In this document: one piece after another, positions 19,973 through 30,593 of the stretch | Position numbering within the stretch: the stretch's first letter is position 1 | Layout of the letters: each line of letters begins with the position of its first letter | NCBI GenBank assembly: GCA_040901675.1 | Contig: JBBDYJ010000031.1 | Coordinates: forward strand, 121,220 to 185,219 | Direction of reading: 5' to 3' | Length of the DNA stretch: 64,000 nt | Origin: Pirellulales bacterium | GTDB taxonomy: Bacteria; Planctomycetota; Planctomycetia; Pirellulales; JAICIG01 | The notes under the pieces: model-generated | The model's input: only the letters and a program-made list of their open reading frames with translations | What the model was told of the DNA's origin: nothing | Database searches by the model: none | Position numbers and translations under genes: made by a program

Positions 19973-20392
19973 CTACCGCTTGGAGAACTGGGTGCCGCGG
20001 CGGGCGCCGCGGAGGCCGTACTTCTTGCGCTCTTTCATGCGGCCGTCGCGGGTCAGGAGGTTGGCGTCGCGCAGGGCCTGCTCCAGGCTGGTGTCGTAGA
20101 GCTTCAGCGCGCGGGCCAGGCCCATCTTGCAGGCTCCCGACTGGCCGGTCATGCCGCCGCCGTGCACCTTGATGACCACGTCGACGCTCGTGAGGCGGTC
20201 GGTCTGCTTCAGGGGAGCCAACAGCGCGTTGCGGTCCTGGTCGTTCACGAAATACTCGTCGTAGGGCCGCTCGTTGATCGTGATCGTGCCCTTCCCCGGC
20301 CGCACCCGCACGCGGGCCACCGAAGTCTTGCGGCGCCCGGTGCCCAAAACATCGGTCGATTTTTTGGCGGACGGTTTTTCGACAGTCGACAT
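19973..20392 (-). CDS. rpsI: 30S ribosomal protein S9
   Basis: GTGRRKTSVARV, GGGMTGQSGA, LTRDGRMKERKKYG...QFSKR. Confidence 0.98.
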   Translation of the reverse strand: MSTVEKPSAKKSTDVLGTGRRKTSVARVRVRPGKGTITINERPYDEYFVNDQDRNALLAPLKQTDRLTSVDVVIKVHGGGMTGQSGACKMGLARALKLYDTSLEQALRDANLLTRDGRMKERKKYGLRGARRGTQFSKR

Positions 20393-20510
20393 GGAGATTT
20401 CTGCTTGCGGGTTCTGGCGGGGCTGTTGGTTGGATGTTGGTTGAATTCCGCCCGGTCGGGGAATGGGATAAAATCGCTGGGTGAAGTGATCCAGAGCGGC
20501 CGGGTGGCGG

Positions 20511-20954
20511 CTATCGGGCAGCCAGCTCCTTGGGTTCGGGCATCTGGGCCTGGTGCGGGTGCTCGCCTCCGGCGTACACCTTCAGCTTCGAGAGCATCGC
20601 CGTGGCCAGCTTGTTCTTGGGCAGCATCCGCCGCACCGCCTCGGTCAGGATCTTCTCCGGCCTACGCTCGAGCCGCTGGCCGGCCGTCTCGCTGCGCAAC
20701 CCCGTGTAGCCCGTGTACCAGGTGTACTGCTTCTGCTGCCATTTTTTGCCGGTCAGCACCACCTTGTCGGCGTTGAGCACGACCACGTAGTCGCCCGTAT
20801 CGACGTGCGGAGTGTACGTGGGCCGGTGCTTGCCCATCAGGATCATGGCGATCTCGGAGGCCAACCGCCCGACCACCTTGTCGGAGGCGTCGACCAGCCA
20901 CCACTTCTGCTCGACCTGGCCCGGCTTGGCCATGTAAGTCTTGGTGCTTGCCAC
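20511..20954 (-). CDS. rplM: 50S ribosomal protein L13
   Basis: [51 protein letters not shown]. Confidence 0.98.
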   Translation of the reverse strand: MASTKTYMAKPGQVEQKWWLVDASDKVVGRLASEIAMILMGKHRPTYTPHVDTGDYVVVLNADKVVLTGKKWQQKQYTWYTGYTGLRSETAGQRLERRPEKILTEAVRRMLPKNKLATAMLSKLKVYAGGEHPHQAQMPEPKELAAR

Positions 20955-21073
20955 GTTGAAAGCTCTTCGCGCGGGAGAAATCGTACTCGGCTGCTCCCGC
21001 CAAGGCGGGCAGAAACGAGTAATTTACCCCTTTACCCTTGTCGCTTCAAGACGTCGGCCGTAACTTACTGGCC

Positions 21074-22255
21074 ATGAAAGTGGGGGTCGTCAAGGAAAGC
21101 TGCCCGGCCGAGCATCGCGTGGCGCTGGTGCCCGCCGCGCTGCCGCCGCTGGCCAAGGCCGGTCTGGAGGCACTGGTCGAGACGGGCGCGGGGCAGGACG
21201 CCGGCTATCCCGACTCGGCCTACCAGGAAAAAGGGGCCCGCATCGCGGCGGACCGTGCCGAGGTCTTTGCCTCCGCCGCCGTGGTCCTCGAGGTCCGCGC
21301 CCTGGGAGCCAACCCCCAGGCGGGCATCATCGACCTGGGATTGGTGCGGCCCGGCCAGGTGCTGATCGGTTTTTGCGATCCGCTCGGTTCGCCCGCCGCC
21401 GCGCAGCAACTGGCGGCCCAGGGAGGCGTGCTGTTTGCCATGGAGCTGATCCCCCGGATCACGCGGGCCCAGAGCATGGACGCGCTGTCGTCGATGGCCA
21501 CCGTGGCCGGCTACAAGGCGGTGCTGGTGGCCGCGGCCGCCTTGCCCAAAATGTTTCCCTTGTTGATGACCGCCGCCGGCACGGTGTCGCCGGCCCGCGT
21601 GTTCATCGTCGGGGTGGGGGTGGCCGGTTTGCAGGCGATTGCCACCGCCCGCCGGCTGGGGGCGGTGGTGCAGGCCTACGACGTGCGCGCGGCGGTCAAG
21701 GAGCAGGTGCAGAGCCTGGGGGCCAGGTTCCTCGACTTGCCGCTGGAAACGGACCAGGTGGAGGGGGAGGGGGGATACGCCCGGCAGCTCGACGAGAGTT
21801 TTTACCGCCGCCAACGGGAGATGATGCTGGAAGCGATGGCCGCCAGCGACGTGGTCATCACCACCGCCGCGGTGCCGGGCAAAAAGGCGCCGATCCTCGT
21901 GACCACGGAAATGGTGCGGGCCATGGCGCCCGGCTCGGTGATCGTCGACTTGGCCGCCGAGCGCGGCGGCAATTGCGAGCTGACGCGACCCGACGAGACG
22001 GTGGTACACCAGGGGGTGACCATTCTCGGCCCGAGCAACCTGGCCGCCACGGTCCCTCATCACGCCAGCCAGATGTACTCGAAGAACATCTCCACGCTGC
22101 TGGTGCACCTGGTGAAGGAGGGCAAGTTTTCCTTCGACTTCGACGACGAGATCACGCGTGAGACGCTGGTGGCCCACAACGGCCGGATCGTTCATCCCCA
22201 GGTGCAGAGCGCCTTGGACGCCGCCTCGGCAACCCCCAGGGCGGCGGCCGATTGA
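21074..22255 (+). CDS. pntA: NAD(P) transhydrogenase alpha subunit, part 1 (dI)
   Basis: MKVGVVKE, EHRVAL, PRITRAQSMDALSS, TAAGT, GVGVAGLQA, VDLAAERGGNCE. Confidence 0.95.
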   Translation: MKVGVVKESCPAEHRVALVPAALPPLAKAGLEALVETGAGQDAGYPDSAYQEKGARIAADRAEVFASAAVVLEVRALGANPQAGIIDLGLVRPGQVLIGFCDPLGSPAAAQQLAAQGGVLFAMELIPRITRAQSMDALSSMATVAGYKAVLVAAAALPKMFPLLMTAAGTVSPARVFIVGVGVAGLQAIATARRLGAVVQAYDVRAAVKEQVQSLGARFLDLPLETDQVEGEGGYARQLDESFYRRQREMMLEAMAASDVVITTAAVPGKKAPILVTTEMVRAMAPGSVIVDLAAERGGNCELTRPDETVVHQGVTILGPSNLAATVPHHASQMYSKNISTLLVHLVKEGKFSFDFDDEITRETLVAHNGRIVHPQVQSALDAASATPRAAAD

Positions 22256-22297
22256 CCGCATGCTGTCAACGAAGCTCGAGCGACAAGCGAAACAACC

Positions 22298-22645
22298 ATG
22301 CTCCAGACAACTTTTTATACCACCCTCTTGGCCCAGGCGGCCCCGGTGACCGGCGGCGCGACGCGGCTTTCGCTGGTGGCCGGCCTGACGATCTTCGTGC
22401 TGGCGATCTTCGTCGGATTCGAGATCATCCGGAAGATCCCGCCCACGCTGCACACGCCGCTGATGTCGGGCTCCAACGCGATTTCGGGAATCACCGTGGT
22501 GGGGGCGATGCTGGCCGCCGGCGCCGACCTGCCTTGGTTCGGCGCGCTGCTGGGTACGGTGGCCGTGGTGCTGGCAATGATCAACGTGGTGGGCGGTTTC
22601 TTGGTGACGCACCGCATGCTGCAAATGTTCCGCAGGAAAGATTGA
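22298..22645 (+). CDS. NAD(P) transhydrogenase alpha subunit, part 2 (membrane)
   Basis: IPPTLHTPLMSGSNAISGI, INVVGGFLVTHRMLQMF. Confidence 0.95.
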   Translation: MLQTTFYTTLLAQAAPVTGGATRLSLVAGLTIFVLAIFVGFEIIRKIPPTLHTPLMSGSNAISGITVVGAMLAAGADLPWFGALLGTVAVVLAMINVVGGFLVTHRMLQMFRRKD

Positions 22646-22648
22646 CCT

Positions 22649-24028
22649 TTGGACAAATCCTCGCTGATCAATCTGACCTACCTGGTCTCGGCCGTGCTGT
22701 TCATCCTCGGCCTCAAGGGGATGACGCACCCCCGCACCGCCGTGCAGGGCAACCTGTCGGGCGCGTTGGGCATGCTGCTGGCGATCGGGGCGACGTTCGT
22801 CGACCCGCAGACCTTTGAGTACACGTGGATCGTGGTGGGCCTGGTGCTGGGATCGATTCTGGGCGCGGTGCTGGCGGTCCGCGTCCAGATGATCGCCATG
22901 CCCCAGATGGTGGCGCTGCTCAACGGCTTCGGCGGCGGGGCCTCGATGCTGGTGGCCGGCGCCGAGCTGTTCAAGGCTTCGCCGCCGGCAACGGCCGAGA
23001 CGGTGGCCATGGTCGCCTCGGGACTGATCGGCACGGTCACGTTCACCGGCAGCCTGGTGGCCTTCGCCAAGCTGCAGGAGCTCTATTTTTCCAAGCCCTT
23101 GGCCTTCGAGGGGCAGCAGGCGGCCAACGCCCTGCTGGCGGCCGCGGCGTTGGGTTTCGGCGCGCTGGTGGTCGCCAATCCGGAGTATGGTTGGGCCTAC
23201 TTGGCCGTGGTCGTGCTGTCGTCGGTCCTGGGCGTGCTGTTGGTGGCGCCGATCGGCGGGGCCGACATGCCCGTGGTGATCGCGCTGTTGAACTCCTACT
23301 CGGGGCTGGCGGCGGCGGCCACCGGCTTCGTGCTGGGCAACAGCGTGCTGATCATCGCCGGTTCGCTGGTCGGCGCCTCGGGCGTGATCCTGACGCAGAT
23401 CATGTGCAAAGCGATGAACCGATCGCTGACCAACGTGCTGTTCGGCCGGATGCAAGCGGCGCAGGCCGGCTCGCCCGCCGACGACGTCTACGGCGGCCGG
23501 GTCAAGTCGGCCACGGCCGACGACATTGCCATTCTGTTCGAGTCGGCCCGCCGCGTCGTGATCGTGCCCGGCTACGGGCTGGCGGTCGCCCAGGCGCAGC
23601 ACGCGGTGCGCGAGCTGGCGGGGCTGCTGGAGGCCCGCGGCACGGAGGTCGAGTATGCGATCCACCCGGTCGCCGGGCGCATGCCGGGGCACATGAACGT
23701 GCTGCTGGCGGAGGCCGACGTGCCCTACGAAAAGCTGAAGGAAATGGACGAGATCAATCCCAGCTTTGCCGAGACCGACGTGGCGCTGGTGATCGGCGCC
23801 AACGACGTGGTGAACCCGCTGGCGCGCACCGATCCCAAGAGCCCGATTGCCGGCATGCCGATCTTGAACGTGGACCAGGCGAGGACCGTAGTGGTCATCA
23901 AGCGGAGCTTGAGCCCCGGTTTCGCCGGTATCCCCAATCCGCTCTTTGCCATGGACAACACGTTGATGTATTTTGCCGATGGCAAGAAGGCGGTACTCGA
24001 TCTGGCCGCCGCCGTCAAATCGCTGTAG
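22649..24028 (+). CDS. pntB: NAD(P) transhydrogenase beta subunit
   Basis: MPQMVALLNGFGG, IGGADMPVVI, CKAMNRS, VPGYG, HPVAGRMPGHMNVLLAEA, GANDVVNP. Confidence 0.97.
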   Translation: MDKSSLINLTYLVSAVLFILGLKGMTHPRTAVQGNLSGALGMLLAIGATFVDPQTFEYTWIVVGLVLGSILGAVLAVRVQMIAMPQMVALLNGFGGGASMLVAGAELFKASPPATAETVAMVASGLIGTVTFTGSLVAFAKLQELYFSKPLAFEGQQAANALLAAAALGFGALVVANPEYGWAYLAVVVLSSVLGVLLVAPIGGADMPVVIALLNSYSGLAAAATGFVLGNSVLIIAGSLVGASGVILTQIMCKAMNRSLTNVLFGRMQAAQAGSPADDVYGGRVKSATADDIAILFESARRVVIVPGYGLAVAQAQHAVRELAGLLEARGTEVEYAIHPVAGRMPGHMNVLLAEADVPYEKLKEMDEINPSFAETDVALVIGANDVVNPLARTDPKSPIAGMPILNVDQARTVVVIKRSLSPGFAGIPNPLFAMDNTLMYFADGKKAVLDLAAAVKSL

Positions 24029-24107
24029 CCGGCGAGCGGCTGAAGTCGGCAACTCGAAGCCCCGCCTCCGGCGGATGGAAAACTCTCTCGTCGCAGGAGT
24101 CGAACCG

Positions 24108-24449
24108 ATGTCCCAGCCACGCTTTCAATCGTTCGCGGAGTTCTGGCCGTATTACGTGCGCGAGCACAGCCGGCCGGCCACGCGCTTCTGGCACTTCTGC
24201 GGCACCACGCTGGCGCTGGCGCTGCTGGTTGTGGCGGTCGTTTCGCAGAGGTGGCTCTTGCTGGCGGCGGTCCCGATTTGCGGCTATGCCTTTGCCTGGG
24301 GCAGCCACATGCTGATCGAGCGCAACCGCCCGGCCACGTTCAGCTACCCGCTCTGGTCGTTGTGGGGCGACTTCAAGATGTGGGCCATGATCGCCACCGG
24401 ACGCATGCCCCGCGAGGTCCGCCGGATCCTCGAATCGCAGCCGGAATAG
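24108..24449 (+). CDS. DUF962 (Mpo1-like) membrane protein
   Basis: FAEFWPYYVREHS, HFCGT, GYAFAWGSH, ERNRPATFSYPLWSL.GDF. Confidence 0.9.
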   Translation: MSQPRFQSFAEFWPYYVREHSRPATRFWHFCGTTLALALLVVAVVSQRWLLLAAVPICGYAFAWGSHMLIERNRPATFSYPLWSLWGDFKMWAMIATGRMPREVRRILESQPE

Positions 24450-24540
24450 GCGCGCGAAGGACGCATCGCACAGTAGGATGGGCATCCTTGCCCGTCTGGC
24501 CCGTTCGAGACGGCCTGGGAAGGCCGTCCTTGCGAGAGGG

Positions 24541-24885
24541 CTAGATGCGGATGCCGCGCTTGCGGGCCAAGGCGCGCAGCGCAAACTCGAAGTACTGGAC
24601 CTTTTTTGTAGGCTTCTTGCGGGCCCAGTTGAACGCGGTTTGAACCGTCCTCCGCGGCAATACGCCCTGGTCGACCAGCTCCAGCACCCGGGCGATGAAG
24701 GCGAACTCGACGTCGCGCCGGGCCCTCAGCCCCTTCTCGAGCTGCGTCTTCAAATCAACCGTGACGCCGCTGGTTGTCGAGCCGGCGTCGCCCGAGGCGC
24801 CTAGGAGCTCCGCCTGCTCCAGCGCGAACCAGCACAAGCTTGCAAACAAGGCGAACAAGGCGGCCAACGCGGTGCGCTTCGCCAT
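24541..24885 (-). CDS. Secreted hypothetical protein
   Basis: Signal-like N-terminus; LKTQLEKGLRARR...EFAFI...YFEFALR. Confidence 0.7.
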   Translation of the reverse strand: MAKRTALAALFALFASLCWFALEQAELLGASGDAGSTTSGVTVDLKTQLEKGLRARRDVEFAFIARVLELVDQGVLPRRTVQTAFNWARKKPTKKVQYFEFALRALARKRGIRI

Positions 24886-25129
24886 GGCGAAAAAGCTCCC
24901 GGAAATCAAAGAGAAAAAGAACAAGTTGCTGCCCGCTCATTGATGAACCTGACAGCCCACAACGGGCCGCGGGCTTGTAGCCAAATCGGCTCGCCGCCGC
25001 AAGGCGGCTTGCGACGCGGTGTCTGCCGGCCGGCCGCTGACCAAATGCCCAACTTGCGCCGATGCCCCGGCTTGCCTGCCAACGGGACTTGGCCCGTTTT
25101 GCCCGTGTCGCGTATCATGGGACTGACAG

Positions 25130-27109
25130 ATGAAAACACCCCGTGCAAACCGCCGTACCCCATGGCCAGTCCTGTTGGCCGCGGCCGCCACCTGTTGGCT
25201 GGCGTCCGCTGTATCGGGCAATTCGGCCGAGCCGGCCGCCCCACCGGGCGAGCAAGACTCTCCGGCGGCTGACGAGAATTCGGCAGCGCCATCCACCGGG
25301 CAAAACCCTTCCGCCGATCGAGCGGCAGCGGGCGAAGTGAACCGGCTGATCGACGAACTGAACCACGATGAGTACGATGTCCGTGAGAGAGCCGCCTCCA
25401 AGCTGGCTCAGTTGGCGCGGCAGCCCGAGATGCAGGCCGAGCTGGCAAACCAGGTCCAGCGGGCCTTGCTCTCGCCCCAGACGCCTTTCGAAGTCCGCAG
25501 CCGGCTGGCCGCCCTGGCCCGCAAGCTGCCGCCGGCCGGCGAGCCGCCCCCGGCCGACGTCTCGGACGACCAGCTCGATCGGCTGATCGCCCAGATGGAT
25601 GCCGCCTCGTATGCGATGCGCCAAGGCGCCGCCGCTCGCCTCCAGTGGCTGGCGGCCCGGCCGGAGTTGGCCTGCCCGATCATGGCGAGGTTGAAGGGCA
25701 GCCTGGCCGGGCCCGACTTATCGGCCGAGCTGCGCGAGCAGATGGCGCCGATCCTCCAGACGGCGCGGCGGGCGTGGCTGACCAGCGAGCCGCGGTTGTG
25801 GCGGCTTGACGACGTGCCCGACCAGCAAATCGAGCGCTGGCTGGACGAACTGGTGGCCGAGCACGATCCCCGCGCCAGCGGCCGGCCGGCAACAGCCCGG
25901 CGGAACGGCGACGACGCAAGGGCTGAATTGGGTAGCGAGGACCCTGAGCCCGAAGCAGCGACCATCGCGGCCGGCCTTCCGCGCGGGGTCGCCGGACAAT
26001 CGGGCCGCGATCGCGGCCGGACCGGGCCGTCACAATTCCTCGAAGGACCAGCCCGCGAACTGGTCGACTTGATGGTCCGCGACGAGTATCTGCCGCGAGT
26101 CAAGCAGGCGATCGAACGGCGATTGGCCGAGGGCGTTCATCCCGGGGCCGAAGCCCGGCTCACCGAGCTCGTGGATTGGACCCGGCCGGCCATGGTGGCC
26201 GAGTATTGGGAAGCCAGGCGGCACTTGGGCATCCAGCACCTGCTGATCGGCGTGCCCAGCTTTTCGCCCCTGGCGGAACGGCCCAGCCACTTCGATCGGA
26301 TCGACGAGCGGACCGCCCACTGTGTCAGCGGCAACGCCTTGACGGCCGGCCAGGACTATCCGGTAGGGGTGCTATTTCCGCATCCCAAGCGGGCCAATGC
26401 CCAGTTCCACCTGGTCCATCTGCCCACGCCGCGGCACCGGCTGGCTTACGAGTACCTGGTCAAGGTCGACGAGGCCAGGCGGCTGGTCGAGTTGAGCGAG
26501 CGCACCTTGTCGGCCCTGCTGGCCGAGAAGCGAGGGTTGTCGGAGGCCGAGCTGATGATGCTGCGGCACCTCGACCCGGGGGCCGTGTCGCGGTTTGCCG
26601 GGCGGTACTTGCTGGCCGTCGACGACCAGCCGTTGCCGGGCGATTCTCCGCGGCGGGGCTGGAGCGGCGCGCATGCGGGGCTTTGCCTGGTGTTGGCCAT
26701 CGAGGGGACGCGCGAAGCGGTGCCCGGCCTGCTGGAGGCGATCGAAGCCGAACGCTTCACGGCGCCCGATCCCGTGTCGCCTCACGACTGGCCCTGGATC
26801 GCCGCCTTGGCGATTGCCCGTCGCGATCCGTGGCCCGAGGCCGACGCCTGGCTGGCCGGCCTGGTCGAGTCGCGGCATTCGCTGAGGGTGGTCGGCGAGA
26901 GCCAGCCCCCACTGGGCGCCACGGCGGCGGCGATCCTGCTTGCGCGGCACGGGGAATCTGCCGACCAGTTCGGCCTGGTGCCGGCCTCCGATCAGCAGAG
27001 CGGGGCCATCGGGCTGACGCTCTATCGCTTCGTTTCGCCGCACGCGGCACGGCGAGTGCTCGCCTGGTGGGAGCGGGCGGCGGCTGCCAAGCCGCAGGCA
27101 ACGCCGTAG
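25130..27109 (+). CDS. Secreted helical (HEAT-like) hypothetical protein
   Basis: Signal peptide; repeated LIDELNHDEYDVRERA / LIAQMDAASYAMRQGA helical units. Confidence 0.7.
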   Translation: MKTPRANRRTPWPVLLAAAATCWLASAVSGNSAEPAAPPGEQDSPAADENSAAPSTGQNPSADRAAAGEVNRLIDELNHDEYDVRERAASKLAQLARQPEMQAELANQVQRALLSPQTPFEVRSRLAALARKLPPAGEPPPADVSDDQLDRLIAQMDAASYAMRQGAAARLQWLAARPELACPIMARLKGSLAGPDLSAELREQMAPILQTARRAWLTSEPRLWRLDDVPDQQIERWLDELVAEHDPRASGRPATARRNGDDARAELGSEDPEPEAATIAAGLPRGVAGQSGRDRGRTGPSQFLEGPARELVDLMVRDEYLPRVKQAIERRLAEGVHPGAEARLTELVDWTRPAMVAEYWEARRHLGIQHLLIGVPSFSPLAERPSHFDRIDERTAHCVSGNALTAGQDYPVGVLFPHPKRANAQFHLVHLPTPRHRLAYEYLVKVDEARRLVELSERTLSALLAEKRGLSEAELMMLRHLDPGAVSRFAGRYLLAVDDQPLPGDSPRRGWSGAHAGLCLVLAIEGTREAVPGLLEAIEAERFTAPDPVSPHDWPWIAALAIARRDPWPEADAWLAGLVESRHSLRVVGESQPPLGATAAAILLARHGESADQFGLVPASDQQSGAIGLTLYRFVSPHAARRVLAWWERAAAAKPQATP

Positions 27110-27182
27110 GGACGCTTTTCGGCAGGTCTTGGGCTAATGCCGGCCGGCGGGGCGGGGCGATGAACTCGTGAGGGGTGGTAGC

Positions 27183-27212
27183 TTGACAGCGGCCGTTTCG
27201 CCCCGGTATATT
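27183..27212 (+). promoter_or_regulatory. Sigma70-type promoter candidate
   Basis: TTGACA (27183-27188), 18-nt spacer, TATATT (27207-27212), upstream of the DUF1501 gene. Confidence 0.45.
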
Positions 27213-27349
27213 GCACTGCGCCGAAAGTGCTGCCGCCATGCGCTTTAAGACGACACGCCTGGTGCGGCGGCACTGGCAGTGAACCTGCCACGCCCTCACG
27301 CCTGCAAACATCCCACCCGTTTACCGAGACAGCTCCGGAGGCAACAGCG

Positions 27350-28810
27350 ATGCTAGTGATTCCCGGAAGAGCCGGCAAGGACACCTGCGATGGAGTAACC
27401 CGCCGTGAAGTGCTGCGGGTCGGCGGGTCGGCCGCGCTGGGTATTTCGCTGGCCAACATCCTCAGGCTGCAGCGGGTGGCCGCGGCCGAAGGTCAAGGCG
27501 GTGGGCCCGGTTGGAACAAAGCCAAGAGCGTGATCCTGGTCTTCCTGCAAGGCGGACCCAGCCATCTCGATTTGTGGGACCCCAAGCCCAACGTGCCGGA
27601 CAACGTCAAGAGCGTCTTCAATCCGATCGACACCAAGACGCCCGGCTTGCAGGTCACCGAGATTATGCCCAAGTTCGCCCAGGTGACCGACAAGGTCACG
27701 ATGATCCGCTCGATGAGCTACACGCCCATCGGGTTGTTCAACCACACGGCGGCCCACTACCAGTTGCTCACCGGCTACACGGCCGACAAGGTCAGCCCGT
27801 CGGGCCAGCTCGAGCCGCCGAGCCCCAAGGACTACCCGAACATCGGCTCGAACATCATCCGGCTCAAGCCGACCGACGTGCCGATGCTCCCATTCGTGAT
27901 GATGCCCCGCCCGATGCAGGAGAGCAACGTGGTGGGCAAAGCGGGCACGGCCGGGTTCCTGGGCCGCGCCTACGATCCCTACTATCTCTATCCGCCCGGC
28001 GACGACATGGACATGGACAAGATGTCGCGCATCAAGGTCGAAGACTTGCAACTGCGGCCCGAGGTCTCCAGCGCCCGGCTGGAGCGGCGGGCCCGGCTGC
28101 GCGACGTGATCAAGGACGGCATGCCCGCCATCGAGCAAGCCACCGCCAAGTACGACCTCGACGAGTATTACGAAAAGGCCCTCTCGCTGGTGATCTCCGG
28201 CCGGGCTCGCGACGCCTTTGACCTGGGTAAGGAATCGGCGGAGACCAAGGAGCGATACGGCAACAACACGTTCGGCCAGAGCTGCCTGTTGGCCCGCCGC
28301 CTGGTCGAGGCCGGCACGAGTTTTGTCGAGATCAACTGGCCCAAGGTGGCCAACTCGGACAACCACTCGTTCGACGTCCACGTGGGGCTTTCTGACCGGA
28401 TGCGCAAGCAGGCCGGTCCGATGCTCGATGCGGGCCTGTCGGGCTTGATCGCCGATCTCGACGAGCGGGGCATGCTCGACGAGACGCTGGTGGTGGCCAT
28501 CGGCGAGTTCGGCCGCAGCCCCAAGCGCGGCGTGAGCACGTCGGGCAATACGAACAGCGACGACGGCCGCGACCACTGGCCGTATTGCTACACGGCGGTG
28601 CTGGCCGGCGGCGGCGCGAAGCGCGGTTTTGTCTACGGCAAGTCCGACGCCACCGCTTCGGCCCCGGTCGAGAGCCCGGTGCACCCGATGGAGATCCTGG
28701 CCTCGATTTACCATGCGGTGGGCATCGATCCCACGACGCTGGTTTACAACCACCTCAACCAGCCCCGCGAGTTGGTGCAGGCCCATGCCGTCACCAGCCT
28801 GTTCGCCTAG
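27350..28810 (+). CDS. DUF1501 family protein
   Basis: [50 protein letters not shown]. Confidence 0.92.
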   Translation: MLVIPGRAGKDTCDGVTRREVLRVGGSAALGISLANILRLQRVAAAEGQGGGPGWNKAKSVILVFLQGGPSHLDLWDPKPNVPDNVKSVFNPIDTKTPGLQVTEIMPKFAQVTDKVTMIRSMSYTPIGLFNHTAAHYQLLTGYTADKVSPSGQLEPPSPKDYPNIGSNIIRLKPTDVPMLPFVMMPRPMQESNVVGKAGTAGFLGRAYDPYYLYPPGDDMDMDKMSRIKVEDLQLRPEVSSARLERRARLRDVIKDGMPAIEQATAKYDLDEYYEKALSLVISGRARDAFDLGKESAETKERYGNNTFGQSCLLARRLVEAGTSFVEINWPKVANSDNHSFDVHVGLSDRMRKQAGPMLDAGLSGLIADLDERGMLDETLVVAIGEFGRSPKRGVSTSGNTNSDDGRDHWPYCYTAVLAGGGAKRGFVYGKSDATASAPVESPVHPMEILASIYHAVGIDPTTLVYNHLNQPRELVQAHAVTSLFA

Positions 28811-28837
28811 AGCGGGCGGCAACCCAAACGATTCGCC

Positions 28838-28874
28838 AAGGGCGATTCCGGAACCAACGGAATCGTCCTTTTTT
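28838..28874 (+). terminator. Intrinsic terminator
   Basis: AAGGGCGATTCCG-loop-CGGAATCGTCCTT followed by a T-run, between convergent genes. Confidence 0.8.
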
Positions 28875-28922
28875 GTTGGCGTCATCCGCTCACCCTGTTG
28901 ATAAACTGTTGATAAACAATGC

Positions 28923-29669
28923 TCAGAGCAGGCGCAGCCGCTCTCTTTCCAGGCGGTCGGCGATGAAGGCGATCGCCGCCGGGCCGATGTGGTTGTAGTA
29001 CGCCCACCCGTGGCCGCCGGACGAGGTCTCCAGGTCGCACTCGTGCGGGATGCCTAGCGCGGCCAGCTTCATCCGCAGCTTCTCGGCGCTCTCGTGCCAG
29101 CGATGGTCGGCCGGGTCGCAGGCAAACCAGATGTTCCGCGGCCAGTTCAAGGGGTGTACGTGCAACGTGGCCGTGTCCTGCCGGGCCGCCTCGGCGTCGG
29201 GATACATCTGGGGCAGCGTCGCCTCGTCCTCGTCATGGAAACGCACCTGGTAATCGATGGCCGGCGCGATGGCCGCCACGATCGGGAACTTGTTGGGGAA
29301 CTTGAAGGCGAACCGCAGGCCACCCTGGCCGCCCATGCTCGTCCCCAGCAAGGCGATCCGCGGCGGCAACGCTTGCCAGCGCTGGTGCACGTAGGGCAAC
29401 ACGTGCTCCAGCAGGTGATGCTGGGCGCTGTAGCGGGTGTCGAACTCGGGGCAGATCTTGTCCGTCCACCAACTACGCGCGGTGAACGGCGCGATCACGG
29501 CCAGGCCGTGCCGCGCCAACTCCCCCGTAATGATCGGGTTCTGATCCAGGCGGCCCAGGTGCACGCCGTGCAGGTAGATCACCACGTAGCCGTGCGGGTT
29601 GCGCGCGGGCGGCTCGTACACGTCGCAGGCGTGCCCGGCCACTTCGATCTTGGTCCAGTTGAAGTCCAA
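28923..29669 (-). CDS. Alpha/beta-hydrolase esterase
   Basis: IYLHG, GTSMGG nucleophile elbow, GGHGW catalytic His. Confidence 0.88.
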   Translation of the reverse strand: MDFNWTKIEVAGHACDVYEPPARNPHGYVVIYLHGVHLGRLDQNPIITGELARHGLAVIAPFTARSWWTDKICPEFDTRYSAQHHLLEHVLPYVHQRWQALPPRIALLGTSMGGQGGLRFAFKFPNKFPIVAAIAPAIDYQVRFHDEDEATLPQMYPDAEAARQDTATLHVHPLNWPRNIWFACDPADHRWHESAEKLRMKLAALGIPHECDLETSSGGHGWAYYNHIGPAAIAFIADRLERERLRLL

Positions 29670-29842
29670 GGCAGGAGTCGGGATTCAGGGGTCAGGGGTG
29701 GCACTGCTTGGAGGTCCCGCTCCCGGCGCGCCGTGGGGACCGAGAAGCAGTGATGCGCTGTCCGAAGTCAGTGGTCCGAAGTCCGAAGTCAGGTATACCA
29801 GGGAATAGGGGACAGCGAACAGGGGACAGCCGGCAGTCGGCG

Positions 29843-29914
29843 GCTGGGTGGCTGGGGCAAAGCGATAAGCGTGCCCCAGTTGCAATGTGAGGAAGTTAAT
29901 TTTTCGGCTGATCC
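29843..29914. mobile_element. Partial copy (right part) of the 108-bp MITE
   Basis: CTGGGGCAAAGCGATAAGCGTGCCCCAGTTGCAATGTGAGGAAGTTAATTTTTCGGCTGATCC, nearly identical to the right part of 45340-45447. Confidence 0.75.
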
Positions 29915-30035
29915 TAAAACTCCCTAAGTGCTAAGTCCAAAGAGCCAAGATCCTCCTAAGGTCCTCCTGCGTCTTGACACAACCGGCGGCAGGGACGATT
30001 GTGGGTTTTTTCGGTCGCGGCCCTGGGGGCCAGGC

Positions 30036-30593
30036 ATGAAGCTGATTCTAAGCGAAGAGCAGATCCGAACCGGGGTCCGCCGGATGGCAGACGAAATCAA
30101 TACCCATTACGCGGGCCGCTCGCTGACCATTATCGGCGTATTGACCGGCAGCGTGGTCCTGCTGGCCGACCTGATCCGGTTGCTCGACATCCCATTGCGC
30201 GTGGGCGTGGTGCAGGCCCGCAGCTACCGGGGCGGGGCCACGACGCCGGGCAAGCTGGTCGTGAACGCCGACCTGCTGCCCGCCGTGCGGGGGCACGACG
30301 TGCTCTTGGTCGACGACATCTTCGATACCGGGCACACGCTGCTGGAGCTGGTGGCCCAGTTCGACGAGCTCGCTCCCCGCTCGCTCCGCTCGGCGGTGCT
30401 GCTGCGGAAGCAGGGCCGGCAGCGCGTGGCCCTGGTGCCGGACCACGTGGGCTTCGACATACCCGACGCTTTCGTGGTGGGGTACGGGCTCGACTACCAA
30501 GACGCTTACCGCAACCTCCCCTACGTGGCCGCCCTGGACGAGGAGCTCGCGACTCGACTGAGCTCGCCGAAGTCCGAAGGGTCGCTGACGTGA
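30036..30593 (+). CDS. hpt: Hypoxanthine phosphoribosyltransferase
   Basis: GVLTGS, VLLVDDIFDTGHTL PRPP motif, GFDIPDAFVVGYGLDY..YRNLPY. Confidence 0.95.
   Translation: MKLILSEEQIRTGVRRMADEINTHYAGRSLTIIGVLTGSVVLLADLIRLLDIPLRVGVVQARSYRGGATTPGKLVVNADLLPAVRGHDVLLVDDIFDTGHTLLELVAQFDELAPRSLRSAVLLRKQGRQRVALVPDHVGFDIPDAFVVGYGLDYQDAYRNLPYVAALDEELATRLSSPKSEGSLT

Noticed and set aside
21065..24052. 995-aa minus-strand ORF
   Set aside because: Antisense shadow of the pnt operon, expected in GC3-rich DNA. The same applies to other long shadows such as 2826..4604, 30521..32821 and 59697..61385.
1445..28810. DUF1501 with DUF1549/DUF1553 pairs as a novel system
   Set aside because: These are well-known, highly expanded planctomycete families; their function is unknown but nothing here is unusual.
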